Shown one piece after another: positions 18,248 through 27,600 of a DNA stretch of 64,000 nt. The stretch comes from a virus (lineage: Duplodnaviria; Caudoviricetes): positions 1 through 64,000 of IMG/VR virus record IMGVR_UViG_2939702853_000005; one strand, 5' to 3'. The notes under the pieces were generated by a model that was given only the letters and a program-made list of their open reading frames with translations, ran no database searches and was not told the origin of the DNA. Each line of letters opens with the position of its first letter. The first letter of the stretch is position 1. The position numbers were made by a program, and so were the translations under genes.

Positions 18248-18584
18248 TGATAGGGGAGAGTCTTTATAAAATTGGGATTTTACGGACTGTTCTGGTCTAA
18301 TAAAAAGATGAGTTATTGAGGGATATTTCAAGTTGAAATAAGCCTATCTAATTTCACTTAAATCATCTAAAGTTTTTTGATTTTTTTGCTGGCTTTTTTC
18401 AATAGATTTCAGTAAAGTATTTAGAAACATGTTCCCCATATCTAATAGGCATCTTACCTACAAAACTTTTCATGATTTCCTGTTGTTTTTTTACTCAATC
18501 CATTTTGGGATTTTTTGGGATGAGTTTAGGTTTCATTTCTCCTCTTTCTCGTATTGTAAATACTCCAAAAGGTGTGATAAAATA

Positions 18585-18735
18585 TTGCCAAGAAGTATAT
18601 ACTAAAAAAGAGCAGGATGCGCTAACATCCTAACTCTTTTGGCAACAGCCGCCTTGAAGAGCGGTCGGCAGTGTCTTGGTACAACGAAATAGACCGTTTA
18701 CCTTTCCACAGGGCGGTCTATTTCTTTTTGTTTTG
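18585..18735 (+). ncRNA. Type I antitoxin RNA (cis-antisense to the toxin 3' end)
   Basis: ttgtaa..TGaTAAAAT promoter at about 18555-18583; terminator aaatagaccg..cggtctattt plus T-run overlapping the toxin stop codon. Confidence 0.7.
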
Positions 18736-18837
18736 ATTCAATGCAATAACAATTGTGACGATCAATCCGATCAACGCTACGATCAGCGTACCGAACATCA
18801 TCATTAATGTTAGAGCATCTTTAACCTCCACAGGCAT
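18718..18837 (-). CDS. Type I toxin, holin-like (BsrE/BsrH-type) 39-aa hydrophobic peptide
   Basis: MPVEVKDALTLMMMFGTLIVALIGLIVTIVIALNQNKKK; SD ggaggtg (GTG at codon 3 is an alternative start); TGgTATAAT upstream; not in the ORF track. Confidence 0.85.
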   Translation of the reverse strand: MPVEVKDALTLMMMFGTLIVALIGLIVTIVIALNQNKKK

Positions 18838-18955
18838 CACCTCCCTTCGGGGAGACTAGCCGACCGCCCATCTAAGCCATTCTGTTGTTAAGAAATATTA
18901 TACCATATTGATAGATAAGTGAAAATGATACATAAGGTGCGTTAGTTTTTTGGAA

Positions 18956-19297
18956 TTATTTGGATGATTTAAAAGAAGATTCATTGTAATCTTTCTGATT
19001 CTGTTCTTTTTTCCATTCCATAAACTGATTTAACTCTTTGTTGTTCATTTCGTCAATAGATTTTGAATCAGGAGTGCTATTGTCAACACACGAAGAAATT
19101 AGAGAGAATATCCCCAACACAAAAAGAATAGTCGCTAATAACAAAATCAGTTTGAGAAAAAAATTTTTATCTAAACTTAATTTAGGTTTTTCATAACCTA
19201 TTGTGTCATTCCGCTGATCATACAGTAAATTTCCACAATTGGCACAATGAGTTGTACTATTTTTATACTCTTGTTCACATTTCAAACAACGGAACAT
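18956..19297 (-). CDS. Zinc-ribbon single-pass membrane protein (possible lipoprotein-like Cys after the TM)
   Basis: CLKC..CANC; hydrophobic helix; RBS gagaggtgg. Confidence 0.8.
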   Translation of the reverse strand: MFRCLKCEQEYKNSTTHCANCGNLLYDQRNDTIGYEKPKLSLDKNFFLKLILLLATILFVLGIFSLISSCVDNSTPDSKSIDEMNNKELNQFMEWKKEQNQKDYNESSFKSSK

Positions 19298-19388
19298 AGT
19301 AAAATTCCACCTCTCAAATAATACCAATAGTTTACCATGTCTTGGGTAATGGGTCTATAGTATTATGAGAGAGGAGGGGAATGGGAGA

Positions 19389-19823
19389 CTAGATGAACAA
19401 AGCCACTTCTCCAGATGTTGAATATTTGCCTCTTGATACATAGGTGTCGTAAATTAGTTCAGGGTCATCCGTTTTGAAACGGTTGAGTTTCCAAGCTGGC
19501 ATATGTTCTTGGAACAACTTTTCTAAAGCTGATTCCTTGTCACGATAATAGTCGAACGCAAAAGTTGCTTTGTCAGTGTAACCATAAGCATCAATGTGTT
19601 CTTTTCTCATTTTGACCAGTAAGGATAGTTCGTTTATGTCAGATGTTTTACGTTCAAGAAACTCATTTAGTCGTTCAACAGTGTTAAGCATAAACTTCAT
19701 TGTATCGATTAGCGATATTGCCTTTGGTGAGATATCGAGATAGTAGCAGACTTGTTCTAGTGTTAGATCAGGATGATAGGGAATTCTCCGAGTTTGTACA
19801 GCCACAGCGTTTACGATTGACAT
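19389..19823 (-). CDS. Hypothetical protein, paralog of 1..462
   Basis: RBS aaggag; shared conserved blocks; ends EVALFI. Confidence 0.8.
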   Translation of the reverse strand: MSIVNAVAVQTRRIPYHPDLTLEQVCYYLDISPKAISLIDTMKFMLNTVERLNEFLERKTSDINELSLLVKMRKEHIDAYGYTDKATFAFDYYRDKESALEKLFQEHMPAWKLNRFKTDDPELIYDTYVSRGKYSTSGEVALFI

Positions 19824-19848
19824 ATGTATCTTCTCCTTTGTATTTGGA

Positions 19849-21555
19849 TTAAGATAGAGCAGGGGAGACAGGGACAGGTAAGATGTTTAGTTGGGCAAGT
19901 TTTTCGTCAAGTATTTTTTCTATGTTGTCAAATTCGGTATACTTGATTCGTATCAACGGGATGTTATGTGATTTGCAGTAGTCATCTTTGATCTTGTCTC
20001 GTCTTCTTATATTGTTAAACGTTTTTTGCCCACCCCAATATTTAACAGGTTCGTAATGTTGTAGACCGTCAAATTCGATTAATAGAAGGGGTGGTAGATC
20101 TTTTCTCTCTAATACAGCAAAATCAAATTTAAGAGGAGTGCGATCCCTGCAATCCTCAAATTCAAATTGAGGTACATAAACATAGTTATTATTAGTCAAG
20201 TACAAACGAATCCGTTCTTCACCTTTTGATTCTGATTTCTTAGGTGGTCTACATCTGGGACAACGTGAACCTCCTTGAATCAAGTTAGAGGGAATAGTTT
20301 TGTAAACATGTCCACATTCAAGATGTTTGAGCTTTACCCTGTCTGAATCGGTAATGTATTCGCTGACTAATTGATACTCTCCTTCAGTCAACAAGTTAAC
20401 TTGTTGTGCGAACACTTTGGTGTCTTTTTTACAGTAACCGTGACAAATAGGACAGGATGCCTTTTTAAGAAGGTTGTATGCCGCTGTTTCAAATTCACAG
20501 CCACACTTAATATGCTTTATCTTCATTTCTGACACTGTGTTGATATATTTACTCAATATTTTATAATCATCGAAAAAGTTAGGTCTTCTTGAATTTAGAA
20601 CGTTGATAAACTCTTCATGACTATAAGAAATTCCACCCTTGCAAAAATGACATCTTTTTCCCCTTAAAAATGCCGATGGAGTAGTAGTGTAAGATTTACC
20701 GCATTTTCGGTGTTTTATACTAACATTAGCTCTGGCATTAATATACTCAGACATAAGCTCATATTCATTTTTAACTAATCTATACATCTCGTGTTTAAAT
20801 TGTTCAGTAGTCTTTTTCTGATTCCCAAAACAAATTGGACATCCAGTATTATATTTTACTCTAGTATACACATTTGAACACCAGCTATGACCTTTACTGC
20901 ATTTCCAAGCTACTTTAGCAGTAGAGGTAGCTAGTACTTCAGAAGGTTGGATCTCATTTTTATGATAATCCCATTCAACTAATAATTCTGGCGCTCTACT
21001 CTCTAAGGAATTGGTGTGATTTATTTTAGTGCTACTACAATACGGACAGCCACGCCCTTTATGCCTTTCTTTTGGTGTTTTCTCATAAATACTTTTGCAA
21101 TCTGTACAAATCCACTCATATTTTGTATGACTTGAACAATACACTTCGTAGGCTGAAATTTTGTTCTTGGTAATATTCCACTCATTAACTAACGATGGAT
21201 TGATATAACCAAAAGATCTTTCCAAGGGAACATTTCTCTTCCGGGTTATTCCCGATTTTTTGTTTGAGCAAATTATACATCTGTCCTTTCCGTCCCCGTT
21301 AATCCTGTTTCTAATAAGTGATCCATAGCCAATATTTTTAGTTTCATGACCGCATATATCACATATTCTTGTAATTTTATTTATTCCACTGGTCAATGAA
21401 AGGTCGGAAACCTTCGCTTTAATCTTAGTTCCTTTAGCAACAGATGTTCTGCCTTTCTTATCTAGCCTTCTAGGAATATGATATCCAAGATTCTCGTAGT
21501 ATGAAATTGTTGTAGGATTCAAAGTGACTTCAATATATTCCTCTTTAATAGCCAA
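19849..21555 (-). CDS. Multi-zinc-ribbon putative homing endonuclease with C-terminal PD-(D/E)XK/DUF2726-like domain
   Basis: Many CxxC/GCPYC repeats; SKGEERI..KFDFAV..LIEFDGLQHY..RDKIKDDYC..LIRIKY. Confidence 0.8.
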   Translation of the reverse strand: MAIKEEYIEVTLNPTTISYYENLGYHIPRRLDKKGRTSVAKGTKIKAKVSDLSLTSGINKITRICDICGHETKNIGYGSLIRNRINGDGKDRCIICSNKKSGITRKRNVPLERSFGYINPSLVNEWNITKNKISAYEVYCSSHTKYEWICTDCKSIYEKTPKERHKGRGCPYCSSTKINHTNSLESRAPELLVEWDYHKNEIQPSEVLATSTAKVAWKCSKGHSWCSNVYTRVKYNTGCPICFGNQKKTTEQFKHEMYRLVKNEYELMSEYINARANVSIKHRKCGKSYTTTPSAFLRGKRCHFCKGGISYSHEEFINVLNSRRPNFFDDYKILSKYINTVSEMKIKHIKCGCEFETAAYNLLKKASCPICHGYCKKDTKVFAQQVNLLTEGEYQLVSEYITDSDRVKLKHLECGHVYKTIPSNLIQGGSRCPRCRPPKKSESKGEERIRLYLTNNNYVYVPQFEFEDCRDRTPLKFDFAVLERKDLPPLLLIEFDGLQHYEPVKYWGGQKTFNNIRRRDKIKDDYCKSHNIPLIRIKYTEFDNIEKILDEKLAQLNILPVPVSPALS

Positions 21556-21579
21556 TTAGATTTGTCCTTTCTTATATAG

Positions 21580-21641
21580 GTTATATAACTAATATAACTA
21601 TACGATTGTCTGTTGTCAATATAAGATATATAACTTAAAAT
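21580..21641. promoter_or_regulatory. Overlapping divergent SigA promoters with TATATAAC operator-like repeats
   Basis: Plus strand TTGTCA(21613)-17-TAAAAT(21636); minus strand TTGACA(21619)-17-TATATT(21596); palindrome gttatataac at 21580-21589. Confidence 0.7.
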
Positions 21642-21666
21642 ACTATGTATCGGAGGTGTGTTTAGT

Positions 21667-21831
21667 TTGGCAATTGATAAAGATAAGAACACTCAAGTTC
21701 TTGTGACTTTTCCAAATGAATTGCTTGATGAAATTGAGATGTTCTGGCACGAAAACAAATTAAAAAATCGTTCTGAAGCAATTAGAAAATTGATTGAAAT
21801 TGGATTAAAACAGAAGAGCACAGAGATGTGA
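21667..21831 (+). CDS. Ribbon-helix-helix (CopG-like) regulator, 54 aa
   Basis: RBS ggaggtg plus TTG; TQVLVTFPNELLDEIE..NRSEAIRKLIEIGL; not in the ORF track. Confidence 0.85.
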   Translation: MAIDKDKNTQVLVTFPNELLDEIEMFWHENKLKNRSEAIRKLIEIGLKQKSTEM

Positions 21832-21859
21832 CGTTAACTTAATGGTGTATAAGACAAGA

Positions 21860-21885
21860 AAAAGAGCCTTTAAGAGGCTCTTTTT
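21860..21885. terminator. Bidirectional terminator
   Basis: aaaaagagcct-ttaag-aggctcttttt. Confidence 0.75.
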
Positions 21886-21910
21886 GCTCAGTTTGTTTAT
21901 TCATTTTTAC

Positions 21911-22645
21911 TTACATCATGTAAGCTTCAAGAACGATATAGTTAGAACTTTTTTTATCCAGAAGATCAATTGGTCTTTGTCCATTTTTATTCTTGATATT
22001 AGCATTCGCTTTATAAGTAATGCCAGTCAGTTCCCCTAAATAAAAGTTATTTTTATCTAAAATACTCTCATGCAATGGGGAATTTCCAAGTGAATTAACA
22101 AGGTTCACGTTCAACGCATTTTTCTTAATCACAAGGTATGTCGCATAATCATTCTTGCGAATTACCCAGTGCAGAATCGAATCACCATTTGCATCCTGTG
22201 AATTAATCGTTAACTCGCCACTAGCAATGGCTGCTGCAATCTTCTCTGAATCCAGCTTATCTCCTTTTGTATATTGATCCACGTTAAAAGTTTTTCCTCC
22301 TGACTTAACCGCTGTTGTTGCTGGCTCACTTTTTGTAGTTGTTGTAGCTGATGGAGTAGAGGAGGGAGTAGAAACCGTTCCATTACTTTTAACTAGCTCA
22401 ATTTTACCGCCACTGGCGCTTGCTACATTATAGCCCATTGCTGAAGCCGTATCTCTAAGAGGAAGATACGCTTTACCGTTCACATTGATCGGGCTGTCAC
22501 TGAGCTTTGCTTGTTCTCCATCAACTATGATCTTGGTGGGTGTCAATGTTGCTTTTAAATATGTACTTGCTCCTGCTACGCCACTAACTGTTACTGCAAC
22601 ACCAAATATTGCACCAGCAAGAAACGTTGGAATCCGCTTTTTCAT
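21911..22645 (-). CDS. Secreted stalk-domain (Cu-amine-oxidase N-terminal-like) plus ankyrin-repeat protein
   Basis: Signal peptide; VNGKAYLPLRDTASAMGYNV; GDSILHW, GNSPLHES, GQRPIDL ankyrin motifs. Confidence 0.85.
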   Translation of the reverse strand: MKKRIPTFLAGAIFGVAVTVSGVAGASTYLKATLTPTKIIVDGEQAKLSDSPINVNGKAYLPLRDTASAMGYNVASASGGKIELVKSNGTVSTPSSTPSATTTTKSEPATTAVKSGGKTFNVDQYTKGDKLDSEKIAAAIASGELTINSQDANGDSILHWVIRKNDYATYLVIKKNALNVNLVNSLGNSPLHESILDKNNFYLGELTGITYKANANIKNKNGQRPIDLLDKKSSNYIVLEAYMM

Positions 22646-22737
22646 TGTATATCCTCCAAATATTCGATTAGCATATGTTTTTACACATACTTACAATATA
22701 TATCGGATAGGAGGGAGTAGAAGTTTATAAAAAATAT

Positions 22738-22764
22738 AAAAGACCCTCAAAAATGAGAGTCTAA
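22738..22764 (-). terminator. Terminator after the kinase operon
   Basis: agactctca-tttt-tgagggtct followed by ttta on the minus strand. Confidence 0.55.
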
Positions 22765-22775
22765 ACAAAGCAATA

Positions 22776-22967
22776 CTAAAAAGTTTTTTTAGCATCAATT
22801 GGTTTTATTTTAACAAATCCATTTGCGTCACACTCTAGATTTAGATTGTTACGTAAATCAATGGATTCATTCTTTTTAAGTCTGTTAATCATTGGTGTAT
22901 CAGAGAAGGGATTAGCTAACTTTTTTCTTGTCAATGAGTTATTAGCTTGTTTGACAGTACTTTTCAT
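22776..22967 (-). CDS. Small basic hypothetical protein
   Basis: Strong RBS ggaggg; follows the kinase gene. Confidence 0.6.
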   Translation of the reverse strand: MKSTVKQANNSLTRKKLANPFSDTPMINRLKKNESIDLRNNLNLECDANGFVKIKPIDAKKTF

Positions 22968-23020
22968 AAGAAACCCTCCTTCCCTTACGATTATATCACA
23001 CTTTATGGGAACATGCGATC

Positions 23021-24052
23021 TTATAATTCCTTGATGAATTTAGCTAATTGTTTATAAGCAGCTTCCTTTTGATCATGAATCTTGAAACATTTTGTGATTC
23101 TTGATGCTCTTACCGTCTTTTTCGAATGGCTGTATCCTTCGATTTTCCATTTTCCTGAATCTTCGCATAGACTCAGTGTCTTAATGGTCTTATCACCTTC
23201 AAGTGACCACTGCTCTTTACCATCATTAATTGAATATAACCAATCAAGATTATCTGAAACAGCACTAATGCTATTCATTAGCTCCAATACGCTTTGGTAT
23301 CTTTTATCAGGATCAACTTCCAAAGCTTTTTTAATACTTTTCCTCAAGCTGTTCGGTATATGAGGAAGAAATTTGTCTCGTGAAGGAAATGTTCCGTTCA
23401 TAACATTTTTCTGAGTAAGAGATGTACATTGTGAATTAAAATCGTCGTTTCCATTGCACATCCGATATAGAGTCAACCCAGCTTGGTAAATATCATACTG
23501 ATTTGTCAGACTGGTGGTCACCAATGCATCTGGTACATAATGTTTCATATAGATTTTATCAGGAGATGCAAACCCATTAGCATCGGTGTATTTAGTAAGA
23601 CCAAAGTCAGTAAGAATCGCTTTATTAGAATCGTTAATTATAATATTGGTTGGTTTGATATCAAAATGGACAAGTTTCTTCGTATGTACAAAGTGTAGCC
23701 CACTTAAAAAATCAAGCGAGTATTTAACAATTTCTCTTACGCTCAAAAACCTCTTATTCATCAGAGTATTCAGTGAGCCTCTTGAATGAAACGGCATGGA
23801 TAGATATATCTTATCTGTATCTTCACAAGCGTAATTAATCACCATGATATTGGGGTGACGACCACTGTACAACATTTTAGACTCGTTAAAGTAATCTTCT
23901 TTCATTTGAAAATCAGATTTTGGAATTGATTTCACAACTATTTCAGCATCGAGTTGAGGGTCATGGGCAAGAAATGCTTTAGAATTAGCACCTTCACCAC
24001 CAATTTCTCTAATGAAATTAAAAGTTAATTGTGTTATAACTTGATGTGTCAT
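23021..24052 (-). CDS. Hanks-type Ser/Thr protein kinase, cytoplasmic, non-RD
   Basis: GGEGANS loop, VVK, alphaC Glu (NESKML), HFDIKPTN, DFG, DIYQAG; no TM segment. Confidence 0.92.
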   Translation of the reverse strand: MTHQVITQLTFNFIREIGGEGANSKAFLAHDPQLDAEIVVKSIPKSDFQMKEDYFNESKMLYSGRHPNIMVINYACEDTDKIYLSMPFHSRGSLNTLMNKRFLSVREIVKYSLDFLSGLHFVHTKKLVHFDIKPTNIIINDSNKAILTDFGLTKYTDANGFASPDKIYMKHYVPDALVTTSLTNQYDIYQAGLTLYRMCNGNDDFNSQCTSLTQKNVMNGTFPSRDKFLPHIPNSLRKSIKKALEVDPDKRYQSVLELMNSISAVSDNLDWLYSINDGKEQWSLEGDKTIKTLSLCEDSGKWKIEGYSHSKKTVRASRITKCFKIHDQKEAAYKQLAKFIKEL

Positions 24053-24531
24053 AGAATCACCTCTTCTTCTAATTCACTAGCTGCAACGGCGGTGATAATA
24101 CTTTCCCTTACGCCCTTGGCTGATTTACTAACTCCTTCAACATTCAATAATTCGTTATCACCATCAATAAAGTCCTTTATTTTTGAAGCAGTTTCTTCAA
24201 CCAAACTTGCAATCTTAGAAATTGTACCGAGAAAATACTTGTGTATGCTACAGTCGGCAAGCAATTCTTGAATTACCCCTTCTAAGTAGATTCTCTCAAT
24301 GCTCACATTCTGAGCAGTCCCTTCGTGAACCCTGATACCTGCATATACAACGGAATACTCAATAAAAATAGAATTGAGATTCGTTCTTACATAGGCCAGT
24401 TGATCAGGGACTTCTAAAGCTTTTGGGATAATAATTTTATCGTGGGTTAGAATTGATATCTCGTCTTCAATTTTTTCAGTTAAACAATAAAAAACTTCTG
24501 ATGGTGAAACTCGTATTCCTATTGATCTCAA
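24049..24531 (-). CDS. RuvC/RNase H-fold-like protein with degenerate catalytic residues
   Basis: SIGIRVSP (cf. LGIDPG), AGIRVHE, RESIITAVAA pattern; 4-nt overlap with the kinase start. Confidence 0.6.
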   Translation of the reverse strand: MRSIGIRVSPSEVFYCLTEKIEDEISILTHDKIIIPKALEVPDQLAYVRTNLNSIFIEYSVVYAGIRVHEGTAQNVSIERIYLEGVIQELLADCSIHKYFLGTISKIASLVEETASKIKDFIDGDNELLNVEGVSKSAKGVRESIITAVAASELEEEVIL

Positions 24532-24540
24532 AATTTATCA

Positions 24541-24625
24541 CTCCCCTATAGTTCTACTATACGACATATGGGAACATATTCCTACAGAACAAATGTTTGA
24601 TATAGTCGTATAGTAGGAGGGAGGA
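24541..24625 (-). promoter_or_regulatory. Leader inverted repeat with anti-SD and a LexA-box-like site
   Basis: ctactatacgac (24616-24605) / gtcgtatagtag (24565-24554) perfect 12 bp; ctccc versus SD gggag; GAACAAATGTTT at 24587-24598. Confidence 0.55.
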
Positions 24626-24650
24626 GAGAGAAAGATAGCAGTCTTAAGGA

Positions 24651-27600
24651 TTACATGAAGTCGTAGCGAGTACCGTTGAAGGTGATTTTGCCATCAGCAG
24701 AGAGGACGATGGATGCTTTGCCATTGGAAATTTTGATTTCATTTTGGTTGCTGATTATTGATACCTGATTTGCTTTTGCAATAAAATTCCCGCCATCACT
24801 ATTTATAATAATACCCAAATCTTGTAAACTTACACTTCTTTCTTTTCCTGTATTGCTTGCTCCATACAAAAAATCAAAAGAACCATTAGGTTTGTTTATA
24901 AAACCTTTGCCGCTTTTCTCAGTTGCTCCGTCACCAATACCCATTTGAATGTATGGAGTTGCAGCATCGCCTGAACCATCAAACGAAAACTTGGCTTTTA
25001 CTTTTTCCTCCATTTTATATTCAAGAACAGGCCATGAGGTTTCTTCTGTAGTCATTTTCCCCGATTGAGTAGAGTTAACCCAATATAGAGGTCGTCCATC
25101 AGCTAATTTCTTCTGAGTTCCGCCACCTGAAACTTTTCCAGTAATCCACTTGGCTTCATTACCTTCGATTCGAATATAATTTGACCAATCCGATAAAGCG
25201 GCATTAGTTAAAGTCGATAACTTACCTGCTACTAATGAGCTAACAAAACCTTCTGTCGCTGTAACAATGTTAGCCGCTAACAAATCTGTATCAATAGCCG
25301 CTGCGCCCACGATGTCAAAATTATTCATAAAAAGATTTCCGGTCATGGAATTCATAAGAGGTTTACCATCTGGCTTTGTGATTTCTATTTTCCTAAATCT
25401 CGCAGTACCGTCCATATATATTGCTGCTGGAGCCGCATCTATATCTTCGTTTCCCAACCGAAGACCCTCTGCCGAAATAACAACGATCCTGTTGCCGCTA
25501 CCAACGATCAACTTTCCATCTTGAAACACACCACCATTAGCGTACATTATACCGTCTGGACTAACCCTGAACGCACTAGCCGAGAACTGCTCACTTCCCA
25601 AATAGATACCCTGCATATCGGCTGAAAACACGTAATTACCTTTACCGATACGAATGCTACCATCAGCAATAATACTATCACTAATCCTCAAATTCTGTGC
25701 ATTTAACAATCCATCTAAACTAGTCCACAATGTTTTCTTGTATGTAGTTCCACTTTTCTGATCAATAAAGAACCCCGAATCACTATCAATTCCTACATGA
25801 TTGATGACGTTTGTATTGCCACAGTCAGTTGATGCGTAATGGTTAAATCGTAACCCAAACTTATCTGGATTTTCTTCAAGCAATCCCAGTTTAACTACTT
25901 CACGCTTACATCTGTCCTGAATGGTTAGTTTGGAACCTTCGATTGTAAATACACCAGTTGTATCACCAATTACTACACGTTCACCAAGGATAAGCTTCCC
26001 TAGTACCATTTCTGCAATAACGCCATCCGCGGAAATCGCAGTTTCCCATTTATTTCCATTCGACCGAGTTAATCCTATTACGCCGTGTGTTAGCTTGAGG
26101 TATCTCATAGGATCTTTGTCGTCAATAATTGTTATCCCAGTGTGATCTAAAAGAACCGTTTCATTGATAGCCATCTCTAAACGTTCTTTTTCTCTATTCC
26201 ATACATTTTCAAACAGCTTGTTCATTTCACTTGAATCAAACACTGCTTTGTCATATTTAAACTTATTCAAATCTAACGCAATGCCATGAGTCCTCACATC
26301 TTGGAACAACTTATCAAACTCATTGCCCATTCTACTTACGTCTTTTACATTGGATATTGTCAGACTAATATTCGACTGTTCATAATCATACTCAATCTTA
26401 ATAATCCTTGCAGTCACATCAACGCTAGTTGGTTCATATTTGATGTTAACGAAATCCCCAAGATTTAGCTTCTTCCAGTCATATTGGGCTTCAATTATCT
26501 CTAAAAAGTTGACAATATCAATCTCCATGCTAAGTTGAGGACGTAGCAATTCCTTAAATTTCTTCATTGTTTCGTCGTACAAGTCTTGCTCATCTATGTA
26601 TTTACTATCTGAATAATCCTGAGTAATAATATATGACTCACTTAACTCCATCATTTGCTCATGTGTAAAATTCTTATCATAAGCGAATGAACTTCTAAGG
26701 TTGCTTATTTTATTTGAAACAGTAGTCAGGTTAGCTTTAACTGCATCTATTTCTGCTTGTTTCTGTTTAATCTGCATTTCCTTATTATCTAAACTATATC
26801 GCTCAATAATCTTTGAATCTGTGCCAGAATCATACTCATCAATGCTGATGTTACATACCTGAATGTATACGCCTGTATTGCCACCGTTAATAGACACACT
26901 AACAGAATCTTGATATCGAACTTTGCCTAGAAGTCTCCATTGATTAGAAGAAACAGCTTTACTTGATCCATTTAAGCTAACTGTAACACCAGTTGTATCA
27001 TCAACCTTAATCATAACTGCATAGCCAAAATCAGAAGATAATTTGAAACTACGCGAACTACTACCAGAATGTTGGTATTTCTCAAAAAACATCTTCGTAT
27101 CAAATTGCTGAGATATTTTTGTATCCGCTACTACAACTTCATTTTTTACTAACTTATCCATATCAACTTCAAGCAATCCTAATTGTTTTTCATACCCTTG
27201 TTGCTCTTTAAGATATGTATTAAACTCTGTTTTCTTAGATTCAATTAGCGCTTCAAAGTCGAGGAGAGCATGACACAATGAATCACTCATGAAATCACTG
27301 TGTTTAATCACATTGCGATTGGCATCGCGTTCAAATGGATACATGAAATATTGAAAACTTTCCACATAGTTTTGTCCAGTTGGGTTTACCTTTTCAAATG
27401 TCATGTCATCTTGACCAAAGCCTTTTAACCTAGTAACCACAGGTTCAGAGGTAGAATGTCTGGTCATTGATTTTAAATACTTATTCCAACTGAAGGTTAA
27501 TCCTTTATTTGTACCAGTCAACTCTGGTTTTTGTAATGAAATGGTGTTTTTATCAGTATTGAAAATTGTTATAGCATTATATGTTTCACCGACAGTTAAA

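Noticed and set aside
5570-18536. Stop-codon reassignment (alternative genetic code) for the whole phage
   Set aside because: Long genes translate uninterrupted in code 11 and use TAA, TAG and TGA as real stops; only isolated lesions were seen
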